Below are positions 36,078-44,319 of a stretch of 64,000 nt of DNA, piece after piece. The notes beneath the pieces are model-generated. The model searched no databases. It saw only the letters and a program-made list of their open reading frames with translations, and had not been told where the DNA came from. The stretch comes from Bacteroidota bacterium (GTDB lineage Bacteria > Bacteroidota > Bacteroidia > Bacteroidales > WCHB1-69), in assembly GCA_009787115.1 (NCBI GenBank), contig WRGQ01000170.1, forward strand, positions 21,640 to 85,639, read 5' to 3'. Position 1 is the stretch's first letter; every line of letters begins with the position of its first letter. The translations under genes were made by a program, and so were the position numbers.

Positions 36078-38738
36078 TTACCGATGTTGTGCCGGTGGTG
36101 GCGTTGCTGATGGTGTAGGTGTTGCTGCGGCTGCTTTTTTTGAATTATCATTCAGTCGTTTCATATTATCTTCTACTTCCTTCTTTTGTTTTTCTAATAT
36201 ATCAGGTCTCTCTTTTTCAACCCGATCATTAAGCACAAGGTCATCAGTTGCTTCGTTCATATCATAGTCTGATGAATCATACTTTATTATTTCACTGTCC
36301 TGTTTGAATTTAAGAATTGCTTTCCGGGTATCACTTGTATTATTTCCCCAATCTCCGTCTATTAACTTACCTATATTATATCCTAAAAATTTTAGTTGAG
36401 CCTGGATTCTTCTTTTTCTTCTTCCTTCGTCATTCATGTGTGGACATATCAATTCATGAACCGCCCAACATGCAGTTACGTAAGTACTATTATTAAAGTT
36501 ACATCTACCCTTGGGACCGTCAGCGGTAGGATTATTACTATCCTGACTATTAATTGCACAATAACATGGGAACATTAGTGGAAAGTCATTAAGTGGTATT
36601 AGATTCAAATTCTCTTCGGGTAAACCGTTTAGATTTTCTCTAAGCCCAACTCTAAAGGGGGCTTGTTCATTTCCTGCTTGTATATTTAGATGCACATGAC
36701 CGGGCCATTTTGAAGGATCATCAAGATTTCCGGTACGTCCGGCATGTGCTATAATTTGTCCTGCCATAACATATTGTCCGTTTTTTGCCACAAAATCATT
36801 TAAATGTAAATAACTGATTGTGTGACGTTCATATAGACTTTTACTTGCAACGAATGTCTTAAATGTTAGCACACTAAACCTTCCTGCTTTATTTTGGTCC
36901 CCCTTATTCCAATTCGTATTACCGACTGTTCCTCCATGTATTGCATAGACATTGGCTCCTTTTGTAGCATGGATATCAATACCTGCATGTCCGGTTGTTC
37001 TCCACAAATGTGCGTTGCCTGGCGCATTTCGCTTCTCTTTAATTGTTTTCGGGGCCTTAGAATTCGTGGAATAGTCCGGATTCGGCACATCCACATAGAT
37101 ATATTTCCTGTTTTCTGTTTTTCCGTAACCTTTTCCTCCATAATCGTCACCGGTGACCTTGTTGTTTCCTCCAAGATCAAAATATGTTGTAGGAATATGC
37201 ATATTCAAATTTTTATACCTGTCATCCTGTATATGGGTTTGAGTACCATTATCCTCTATCTCATCCCACACCGGTTGGCACCATTTCATAGCAAAGAGTG
37301 TAAAGTGAAATCCATGTACCTCGCAAAATGGAGAAAAGAGTTTAGTGTCGAATTTTTCAAATTTTCCGGTATCTTCTTTAATGACAAACTTTTCAGAAAC
37401 TTTAAGTTCACTCTTTTCATCTCCATGTTGAATCTCCCATCCGAAAGGCTTTCCCCAATCGGTTTCTTGCTTAGCCCCTTTTGGCCAAACAATTTTAAAT
37501 GGTGTATCCTGATAGGTAATGTGCATTTTATTGTCTTTCATATGGTTGTGTCTAATCACAGCAGTAGTATTTCCTGTAATTCTTTCCAATACCACAGGGA
37601 AATCAAAAAATCCTATTTCAATATCTGCTTTTTCATTATCTAAAAAGGGTTTCGGAATAAACAGGGTGAGCCACCCCTCCTCATCAGTAGTCACATGTGA
37701 GTTATAGTGCAACACCATTTTCCTCAGCAACGGCAAATATTTTTTCTCGTCTTCATTCTCCTTTATTTCAATGTTGCTACCCTCTGGCGCTCTCTCCTTC
37801 CAATATTCCTTAAAAAGTTTTTTAAATTCCGAGTCATATTTATATTCTTTGTCTTTTTCTTTTTTCTTTTTATAGGAAACAGCGGGAAGTTGATCCATTT
37901 TGATTTCTTTGTTTCTTACACCTTCTTTACAAAATGAGCCAAGAACAGCCATTGAAGATTGAATCAGTTCATTTCTGTTACGATAATTGTATCGTCTCCC
38001 ACCATTATTAAATTTATATTTTGCATCGCTATCTATCTTTTCTGCTGCCTTTCTCTTCTTTTGTTCTTCCTTTGTCTCCTCTCTCTCCTTTGGTTTCTTC
38101 GGTATCTGTACACTTAAAATATAGTTTTCGGCATTTCTGTCAAATTCTTCGGTTATTTTTTTATTTCCTGCGGTAAAGACTATTTTTTTAACCATTGCAT
38201 ATTTAAGGGGTTGCCGTGAGCGGGCATCAATAACCTTTATATATATTTTGGCAAATTCAAACATCATCACCTGAAGTCTGGCATCTCCGATAAACTCTTT
38301 TTTAAAAGGTTCTTTTTGTTCTACTTTAACATATAGATCTTTAAAAAGCCATTCGGGTTTTATTTCAATTTCCTCAGAATAGGAAGTTTTGGCATTACTG
38401 TCTACTGTCAGTTTTGTTTTAGTTACTTCTTTTTCCTTTTCGCCATCTATAATTATAATATCAATGACATTTCCTGCTACTACGTCACTATTTTTTATAG
38501 ATAACTCTATTTTAACCTTAGTTTCTATTTTAGCTTCAGAAATCTCTTTGTATGTATCATTATTATTTTTGTCTTTGGTAAGGATTACCCACTTTGAGGT
38601 AAGGATTTCGGGTTTTTTAGATTCTTTTTCCTTCTCGGTTTGTTCTTGTTGACTATCTTTTTTAGAAGATTCGGCTCTCACTTGAGAATTACTGATAGTT
38701 CCTTTAGTCCCTGGCGTTGTGGATTGTTTGTCTGCCAT
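36078..38738 (-). CDS. T6SS effector candidate: N-terminal shared domain + M23 peptidase + peptidoglycan-binding domain
   Basis: M23 HxxxD 'HAGIDIH' (about nt 36975-36992) and HxH 'GHVHLNIQ' (about 36684-36706). PG_binding_1-like 'RIQAQLKFLGYNIGKLIDGDWGNNTSDTRKAILKFKQ'. No signal peptide. It follows the PAAR-like gene. Confidence 0.8.
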   Translation of the reverse strand: MADKQSTTPGTKGTISNSQVRAESSKKDSQQEQTEKEKESKKPEILTSKWVILTKDKNNNDTYKEISEAKIETKVKIELSIKNSDVVAGNVIDIIIIDGEKEKEVTKTKLTVDSNAKTSYSEEIEIKPEWLFKDLYVKVEQKEPFKKEFIGDARLQVMMFEFAKIYIKVIDARSRQPLKYAMVKKIVFTAGNKKITEEFDRNAENYILSVQIPKKPKEREETKEEQKKRKAAEKIDSDAKYKFNNGGRRYNYRNRNELIQSSMAVLGSFCKEGVRNKEIKMDQLPAVSYKKKKEKDKEYKYDSEFKKLFKEYWKERAPEGSNIEIKENEDEKKYLPLLRKMVLHYNSHVTTDEEGWLTLFIPKPFLDNEKADIEIGFFDFPVVLERITGNTTAVIRHNHMKDNKMHITYQDTPFKIVWPKGAKQETDWGKPFGWEIQHGDEKSELKVSEKFVIKEDTGKFEKFDTKLFSPFCEVHGFHFTLFAMKWCQPVWDEIEDNGTQTHIQDDRYKNLNMHIPTTYFDLGGNNKVTGDDYGGKGYGKTENRKYIYVDVPNPDYSTNSKAPKTIKEKRNAPGNAHLWRTTGHAGIDIHATKGANVYAIHGGTVGNTNWNKGDQNKAGRFSVLTFKTFVASKSLYERHTISYLHLNDFVAKNGQYVMAGQIIAHAGRTGNLDDPSKWPGHVHLNIQAGNEQAPFRVGLRENLNGLPEENLNLIPLNDFPLMFPCYCAINSQDSNNPTADGPKGRCNFNNSTYVTACWAVHELICPHMNDEGRRKRRIQAQLKFLGYNIGKLIDGDWGNNTSDTRKAILKFKQDSEIIKYDSSDYDMNEATDDLVLNDRVEKERPDILEKQKKEVEDNMKRLNDNSKKAAAATPTPSATPPPAQHR

Positions 38739-38796
38739 AATTCATAGATTATTAATTGTCCTACATTTTGTTGTTTAAATATTTTTTTCAATTTTC

Positions 38797-39183
38797 TTAT
38801 GTTTTTACCGTAACATTACCTGCAAATGTAACTTCAATCACACCGCCCCATATACACATACATTTACAGTTGTCAACCAAAGCGGGCATATTTTTCACCA
38901 ACACGGTAGGTTTTCCGGGTATCCAGGGTGCTACTGTATTGGGGATGCAGGGCATTGGGGTTAATACGCCGCTGGCAGAGGCGGTGGCTGAGGCTACTGT
39001 TGGATTTGCCAAAGACTGGCACATTCCGAAGGTAGCAATATTCACCATAGGTTTAAAATCCATAATATTTGCCATAGGTACCCCCGCGCAATTGATCATT
39101 TTATCGGGCAATACCGTGAAAGATCCGGGTGCTATCCCGAAAGTGCATTTCAATAAAGCGCCGTTAACTACAAAAAATCCCAT
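38797..39183 (-). CDS. DUF4280 / PAAR-like spike-tip protein
   Basis: 128 aa. 'VVNGALLKCTFGIAPGSFTVLP', 'NIATFGMCQSLANP', 'PCIPNTVAPWIPGKPTVLVKNMPALVDNCKCMCIWGGVIEV' follow the DUF4280 pattern. It lies directly downstream of vgrG. Confidence 0.7.
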   Translation of the reverse strand: MGFFVVNGALLKCTFGIAPGSFTVLPDKMINCAGVPMANIMDFKPMVNIATFGMCQSLANPTVASATASASGVLTPMPCIPNTVAPWIPGKPTVLVKNMPALVDNCKCMCIWGGVIEVTFAGNVTVKT

Positions 39184-39244
39184 AATTAATTTTTTTTTCT
39201 TTTTTCTATCAATTTTTGATTAGAACCGATAAAATTCGTTTTTA

Positions 39245-41248
39245 CTATCCTATTTGAATCATAGCGCCCTTAATGGTAGTGCTGGCGCCGCCGTCAAATT
39301 CTCCTGTGGCAGATCCTGCTACTTTTATAGACGCCCCTGCATTCACTTCGGTATTGACATCACTTTCCACAGTAACGTTCATCCCTTTAATTGTGCAATC
39401 GCCGGTTGCGGTAATTTCCGTAGCGCCCTGCACAGCAACTGTTTTATCTCCATCCACTCCAATTTCCATATCTCCACTAACATTCATACTGGTATTTCCG
39501 TCAGAGGTTGTAATTATATCTGCTTTTGCCGATACTCTTGTATCCTCATGACTTAATAGTATAATATTTTCATCCGCCTCCCCGTCAATATCTGTAGCTG
39601 CTTTCAGAATAATACTGTTTCCGGCTTCCAAATAAATATCTTCATCTGCATACAAACGGATATTACCTGCGGACCTTAGCTGTATCAATTTGTCATCCGT
39701 ATCAAACATGATTTGATATGTAAAATCATCTTCTGTACCGTCGGTAATCAAAATTCTTCCACCATCGTCTTTGTCGTGAAATTCGATGGAGTGTCCGTTT
39801 TTAGTACGAATACCTTTAAATTCGTTTTTCTCATCTTCAGCCCAGGTGTTCCATGGTTTTTGGTTTCCATGATAGAGCGTACCTATTACGTAAGGTTTTT
39901 CGGCATTACCGTTTTCAAACCCAATCAACACTTCCTCTTCAATTTCGGGGATGAAGTAGAACCCTTTGTCAGTTCCGCCGTGTGGTTGGGCAATGCGGAT
40001 CCATGGGGTCATCCAGTTTTCATCCTGTTGTTTTTGCCAGAGGAACTGTACGCGCACGCGCCCCAGTTTTTCGGGGTCTTTGTTGTCCATTACCACTGCG
40101 CGTTGCGGTTCGGCTTTGGGGTAGTAGTCGCCGTAAATAAAAGGCGGGTATTCGCATTCGGCAGGGATTGCCGTAAATTCGTTTTCGTAGTTGCCCATAT
40201 TATCCACATAATGAGAGATGCGGCAAATTAACAGTTCATCGTGAGGACATGTACCTGTCTTATCATTATTTTCATAATATTCTTTCATTTTAATCACGCT
40301 GCCTATTTTCAGGTCGGCGCGGTTGCTGCTTCCGTAACATACCATCATCTGTGTTTTTCTACCCAGCCCCTGTACTTTGGCAGAGATCTCAAGTTCATCA
40401 AAATCCTCTTCCGGATTGGAAGAGATTCTGTCTTGAAAGGTTTCTTTAGTATATAGTGCTTTAGATTCGTCGTAAGCAATGTCGATCATATTGTGCATGG
40501 CAGGATCGGTAACATCCGCTCCTTTTTTTGTCGGCTCATCATATTTTAAATAATCGTGGTAGGCATGTGTAAATTTCAGATGCTCCATATTTAACCGGTA
40601 CTGGTAATTAAGTATATCTGATCCCACGCTCAACTCTAAGGATTCTGTTTTTTCAATCTTTCCAAACACCAATTTCTCATTATCATAATAGAGCCATTCA
40701 CCGTACCGGCAAGCCAACCGGCTCAAAAAGCCGTAATTGGTTTCATTATATTGTACAGTATATGGAATCTCTTTTTCAAATCGGGGATTATTACTTACGG
40801 GGATAGTTTCGTTGTCATAAGGTTTCAATGTTTCTTCGACAATATTCTTCAACGTTGTCTTTTCATAAGAGGCGCAATGAGGAGAGTCGTACAGCAGATA
40901 ATCGGGGCTGTAGGCAGTCACTTCTATTACAACGCCCGACCGGAAACTTTTGCGTATAAGATTGGCGTTAAAAATGATTCCGGTAAATATCATCGAATCG
41001 TGTTGTTCTTTTACCTCTTCATCATATCGGGAAGTAGTAATAGAAAATTCTACTTTTTTCCCCAACAGCTTTTTCGAAAGAGAGAAATGAATATCATCTG
41101 CGTCTCTATTCAGATTTACTTTTCGCATCTGAAAGCGAAATTCGTTAGGTTTGTGCAATTCCTGCACTAAACTGACTTCGGAAAAATCGTATTCATTATA
41201 CATTTCTCCGTCAATAGTAATGGTTACTTTTTCAGTTAGAATAGACAT
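39245..41248 (-). CDS. tssI: T6SS spike protein VgrG
   Basis: gp27-like N-terminal half. gp5 OB-fold 'VMDNKDPEKLGRVRVQFLWQ...WIRIAQPHGGTDKGFYFIPEIEEEVLIGFENGNAEKPYVIGTLYHG'. C-terminal beta-helix-like repeats. 667 aa. Confidence 0.9.
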   Translation of the reverse strand: MSILTEKVTITIDGEMYNEYDFSEVSLVQELHKPNEFRFQMRKVNLNRDADDIHFSLSKKLLGKKVEFSITTSRYDEEVKEQHDSMIFTGIIFNANLIRKSFRSGVVIEVTAYSPDYLLYDSPHCASYEKTTLKNIVEETLKPYDNETIPVSNNPRFEKEIPYTVQYNETNYGFLSRLACRYGEWLYYDNEKLVFGKIEKTESLELSVGSDILNYQYRLNMEHLKFTHAYHDYLKYDEPTKKGADVTDPAMHNMIDIAYDESKALYTKETFQDRISSNPEEDFDELEISAKVQGLGRKTQMMVCYGSSNRADLKIGSVIKMKEYYENNDKTGTCPHDELLICRISHYVDNMGNYENEFTAIPAECEYPPFIYGDYYPKAEPQRAVVMDNKDPEKLGRVRVQFLWQKQQDENWMTPWIRIAQPHGGTDKGFYFIPEIEEEVLIGFENGNAEKPYVIGTLYHGNQKPWNTWAEDEKNEFKGIRTKNGHSIEFHDKDDGGRILITDGTEDDFTYQIMFDTDDKLIQLRSAGNIRLYADEDIYLEAGNSIILKAATDIDGEADENIILLSHEDTRVSAKADIITTSDGNTSMNVSGDMEIGVDGDKTVAVQGATEITATGDCTIKGMNVTVESDVNTEVNAGASIKVAGSATGEFDGGASTTIKGAMIQIG

Positions 41249-41297
41249 AATATTAAAATAAGGCGGTTACCGTTTATGCTTTTCTATTTTAGTTTCT

Positions 41298-41801
41298 CTA
41301 TTTTGTGTTTTCAGTGTTTGCTTTTTCCGGAATATCGGGTCTTTGTCCTGTTGATGGTTTTTCCCCCGAAGAATTATTAATTGTTTTTTCTTTGACGTCA
41401 AAGAGTACTGCATTTGCCTCTTCGCCGAAAATAATTCTGGCAGGGAATATGGATAATCGCGTGTACATCTGGTCGGAGGAGTGCATATTGAAGTACTCGT
41501 ATAAACTTACGCAAAAAGCGTCTTCAAATCTAATGTATCTATCTGAGGAACTTCCTTTGCTCACCACTTTCATATAAATCCAGCCACTCTTTTTTTCGTT
41601 GGGTTTTTGCATCCAGTCGTGAAAGAACATATCCGCGTCATCGGGAGCTACCACTGTAAATGTGATTACGCCGGGTTTGGGTTTTTCTGCCGGCTGTGCG
41701 GTATCCCGTTGCATCTCCTGCGTTAAAGTGTAACTACATTCCATAACAAGGTATGGGTCGTCGTTTTTGTTATCAATAAATAAATATGCTTCGTGTGCCA
41801 T
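41298..41801 (-). CDS. second Hcp/TssD-like protein with C-terminal extension
   Basis: 167 aa. The block order (…ECSYTLTQEM…GVITFTVVAP…FHDWM…GWIYMKV…IRFEDAFCV…LSIFPARII) parallels the adjacent Hcp (…SYSYSFNQSI…GLIKVTVKAQ…LLGWM…GAIIIMKA…ITFKKAYCV…IIISCQEIKI). It has an extra polar tail of about 30 aa. Confidence 0.5.
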   Translation of the reverse strand: MAHEAYLFIDNKNDDPYLVMECSYTLTQEMQRDTAQPAEKPKPGVITFTVVAPDDADMFFHDWMQKPNEKKSGWIYMKVVSKGSSSDRYIRFEDAFCVSLYEYFNMHSSDQMYTRLSIFPARIIFGEEANAVLFDVKEKTINNSSGEKPSTGQRPDIPEKANTENTK

Positions 41802-41842
41802 ATTTTTGATTTTAAAGGGTTAATTTTTTTAATTAAAATGGG

Positions 41843-41900
41843 TGGAAATGTGAGATAACCCTTTCGGTCACGCGTCGCGTGTCACTATCTCACATTTCCA
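41843..41900 (-). promoter_or_regulatory. 15-bp perfect inverted repeat (28-nt loop) in the hcp-hcp2 intergenic region
   Basis: 'tggaaatgtgagata' (41843-41857) pairs with 'tatctcacatttcca' (41886-41900). The loop contains the nested palindrome 'cacgcgtcgcgtg'. It lies 22 nt after the hcp stop on the transcribed strand. Confidence 0.45.
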
Positions 41901-41921
41901 TCCGGCTTTAGTTAATGTAGA

Positions 41922-42332
41922 TTACTTCCAAGCATTTTTATAATCTACGTTTCCGATTTTGATTTCCTGACAGGAGATGATAATGGTTTCAGTGTGAGCA
42001 ATGTCCACATTTTTGCTTGCATCAGCCCAGTCTTCTTTGTAGTCCACGCAATAGGCTTTTTTAAACGTAATTTGTTTCATCTCATTCTTGATGTCATTCG
42101 CTTTCATAATAATGATAGCGCCGTCCTTTTTCATGTCAGGGTCTAACATCCAGCCCAGAAGTTCGATGTTGCCATCGTTTTGAGCTTTAACGGTTACTTT
42201 GATAAGTCCGCCTCTAGGAATTCCGGCGGGTTGATTCTCTTTATCAATAGATTGATTAAAAGAATAACTGTAGGATTGTACTTCACGTTTTGCGAAGCCA
42301 TCCACTGCTAATAGTACAGGTGTTTCTGCCAT
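41922..42332 (-). CDS. tssD: T6SS tube protein Hcp (TssD, Bacteroidota type)
   Basis: 136 aa. It sits directly after tssBC and before vgrG. Its size and pattern are as in subtype-iii TssD. Confidence 0.75.
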   Translation of the reverse strand: MAETPVLLAVDGFAKREVQSYSYSFNQSIDKENQPAGIPRGGLIKVTVKAQNDGNIELLGWMLDPDMKKDGAIIIMKANDIKNEMKQITFKKAYCVDYKEDWADASKNVDIAHTETIIISCQEIKIGNVDYKNAWK

Positions 42333-42382
42333 AATACATTTGGTTTTTAAAAATTAATAAATAAGGTTAATAAAAAGGGTTT

Positions 42383-43759
42383 TTAATCAGTTGATTCACA
42401 TTTTTTGCTGTTTTTATCAGCGGATAATTTGATGGTAAAGTTCTTTGCTGCAAAGAACGGTACGATGTCAATATCAATTTTGATCTCTTTGGTTACCGGA
42501 TCCTGGAAAGGATTTTCAATGGTATAGTCTTTAAACAATTTGCCTGCTCCCTTGTATTGGTTGAGGAAAGCCTGAATGGTAGATCTTAATTGTTTAGGAG
42601 AGTTGAAGGGGTCCCAGTTTTCGAGGGCAACTTTGTGTACGTAGTGCATCAGGTTCTTTTTCACCCAGTCGAAAACGCGCACGATAGGATACTCTTGCAT
42701 AGCGGTATTGCTGCCGGTATAGAGGTTGGTATTGTTGTAAGCCATTACGCGACCTTCGGAGATTACCATAGGTATTACGTGATTGTCCCACAAGCCTGTA
42801 ATCTCTTCTTTCATCATATCTAAGTGAACGCCTTTAATTTCGCTCAGGGTACCATATTTTTCACCTGCGGTACCTTGTGCCATCGGGGTATTTCCATTTA
42901 ACAATTTTCCTGCCAGCGCTCCTGCGGGTGGAATATAGAGCGGGTTCATTTCGCCGGCAATAGATTCGGTGGGACGTCCTACTAACCAGTTAGCGGTAAC
43001 AATCACATTTTGCAACTCTTTATCTGCATCTTTGTATTCTTCGGTCTGTTCTTTCAGGATGTCATACTCTCTGCAATCTTCGGAGTCGGTAACCACCATA
43101 AATTTGTATTCGTAAGCCATTTTAGCCCACATATCACGCACTTGTTTATCTTTAAATACGTGTCCGGGTAATGCCAGCAAACTGTAGTTGTCTTTCAAAC
43201 TCAAACGTCCGAAAGCATTGTACAGCAAACTCTTTATTTCTTTGAAACTTTCGGAGTCGCTGTTTTGGAGTTCGTCGGTTTCGCCGCTACCGGAGTATTT
43301 TTCTACATTTATCAAACGGAGATTGGTAATTTTATCCATTCCGGAGTTTTTGAAGAAAGAGTCTAACGTACGGTACGAAGTTTCCAACTTTTTAATTTTA
43401 TAAGAAGCAATCTGGAGATTGTCTTTCAGGAGATTTTGATATTTCTCGCTTTTTTGGATGCAAAGGGCCACATATTCAGAAGCGGAGGTTTTGTCTTCGC
43501 TTAGAATTTCCAACCACGTAGTAATATCTTTTGCCAATCTTTCGCGTTTGCTTTTAAACTGGTTTTCGTTTAAGAACATCATTTTGGTAGCCTTGCTTGC
43601 CGGGTCGAGGTCGGCGGCGTCGGGCATAATAGAAGCAAATGTTCTGAATCCGCCAAATTTGGCTAATAGGTCAGCTACCGATTTACCGGGTTGCGCTTGC
43701 TGTTTAACCTCTTCCTGGGTTTGTACAGTTTCTTGTTGTTGTAATTTAGGTTCAGCCAT
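42383..43759 (-). CDS. tssC: T6SS contractile sheath large subunit TssC
   Basis: 458 aa. It follows tssB by 18 nt. The C-terminal region 'YPIVRVFDWVKKNLMHYVHKVALENWDPFNSPKQLRSTIQAFLNQYKG...IDIDIVPFFAAKNFTIKL' is sheath-like. Confidence 0.85.
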   Translation of the reverse strand: MAEPKLQQQETVQTQEEVKQQAQPGKSVADLLAKFGGFRTFASIMPDAADLDPASKATKMMFLNENQFKSKRERLAKDITTWLEILSEDKTSASEYVALCIQKSEKYQNLLKDNLQIASYKIKKLETSYRTLDSFFKNSGMDKITNLRLINVEKYSGSGETDELQNSDSESFKEIKSLLYNAFGRLSLKDNYSLLALPGHVFKDKQVRDMWAKMAYEYKFMVVTDSEDCREYDILKEQTEEYKDADKELQNVIVTANWLVGRPTESIAGEMNPLYIPPAGALAGKLLNGNTPMAQGTAGEKYGTLSEIKGVHLDMMKEEITGLWDNHVIPMVISEGRVMAYNNTNLYTGSNTAMQEYPIVRVFDWVKKNLMHYVHKVALENWDPFNSPKQLRSTIQAFLNQYKGAGKLFKDYTIENPFQDPVTKEIKIDIDIVPFFAAKNFTIKLSADKNSKKCESTD

Positions 43760-43777
43760 AACTATAAAATTTTAAAA

Positions 43778-44275
43778 TTATTTAACTTGATTTAATTCTT
43801 CGAGAAGAGATTCCAAAAGCGCTTTCAAATCGCTACGACCTTCGGGGTCTTTTAAGATGTCGCGTAAACGGGCGTTTTTCTCAATCGTTTTTTGCACATT
43901 TTCACAGTTTTCTTTTTTGGTGCGCAAATCACTTAAAAACGGGCTGTTGGTAACAAGATTACCTTTACCGTTGTTGATTTCAAAATCTTTCATTTCTTTA
44001 AAATTCAAGACCTCTTTTTTGGTCTCACCACCGTCGGCAGTAAAATCAATTTCAACTTTGGGTTTAAAGTAGTCGAAAGTGTCTTTGAGGTTTTTAGGAT
44101 ACACACCTCTTTTTTGTCCGTCTTCTTCTACTTCTTTCATTGCCAGTCCACGGTTGTCGAAAGTAACTTCCGACGTAAACTGGTCCACATACATAGTTTT
44201 GTTCTGAGATAATCCCTCAATACCTGCTGAGGAATCCTCATCTTCCAATCTGGATAGAAAATTTTCTTTACTCAT
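43778..44275 (-). CDS. tssB: T6SS contractile sheath small subunit TssB
   Basis: About 165 aa from 'MSKENFLSRLED'. 'LNFKEMKDFEINN...SPFLSDLRTKKE' resembles the VipA/TssB C-terminal pattern. The track's longer start (44332) would overlap clpV. Confidence 0.75.
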   Translation of the reverse strand: MSKENFLSRLEDEDSSAGIEGLSQNKTMYVDQFTSEVTFDNRGLAMKEVEEDGQKRGVYPKNLKDTFDYFKPKVEIDFTADGGETKKEVLNFKEMKDFEINNGKGNLVTNSPFLSDLRTKKENCENVQKTIEKNARLRDILKDPEGRSDLKALLESLLEELNQVK

Positions 44276-44319
44276 ATTATTTTGTTTTTTAAAAAGGTTA
44301 ATAATTTTTTTTATAATGT

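Noticed and set aside
36894-37643. 249-aa plus-strand ORF. Many similar 60-170-aa ORFs also appear in the track opposite the large minus-strand genes, for example 39713-40231, 45415-45855, 30781-31239, 23849-24301, 21239-21640 and 62055-62330.
   Set aside because: They lie entirely antisense to, or out of frame within, long ORFs that carry clear family motifs. Their low-complexity, Phe/Ile/Ser-rich composition is typical of shadow ORFs in AT-rich DNA.
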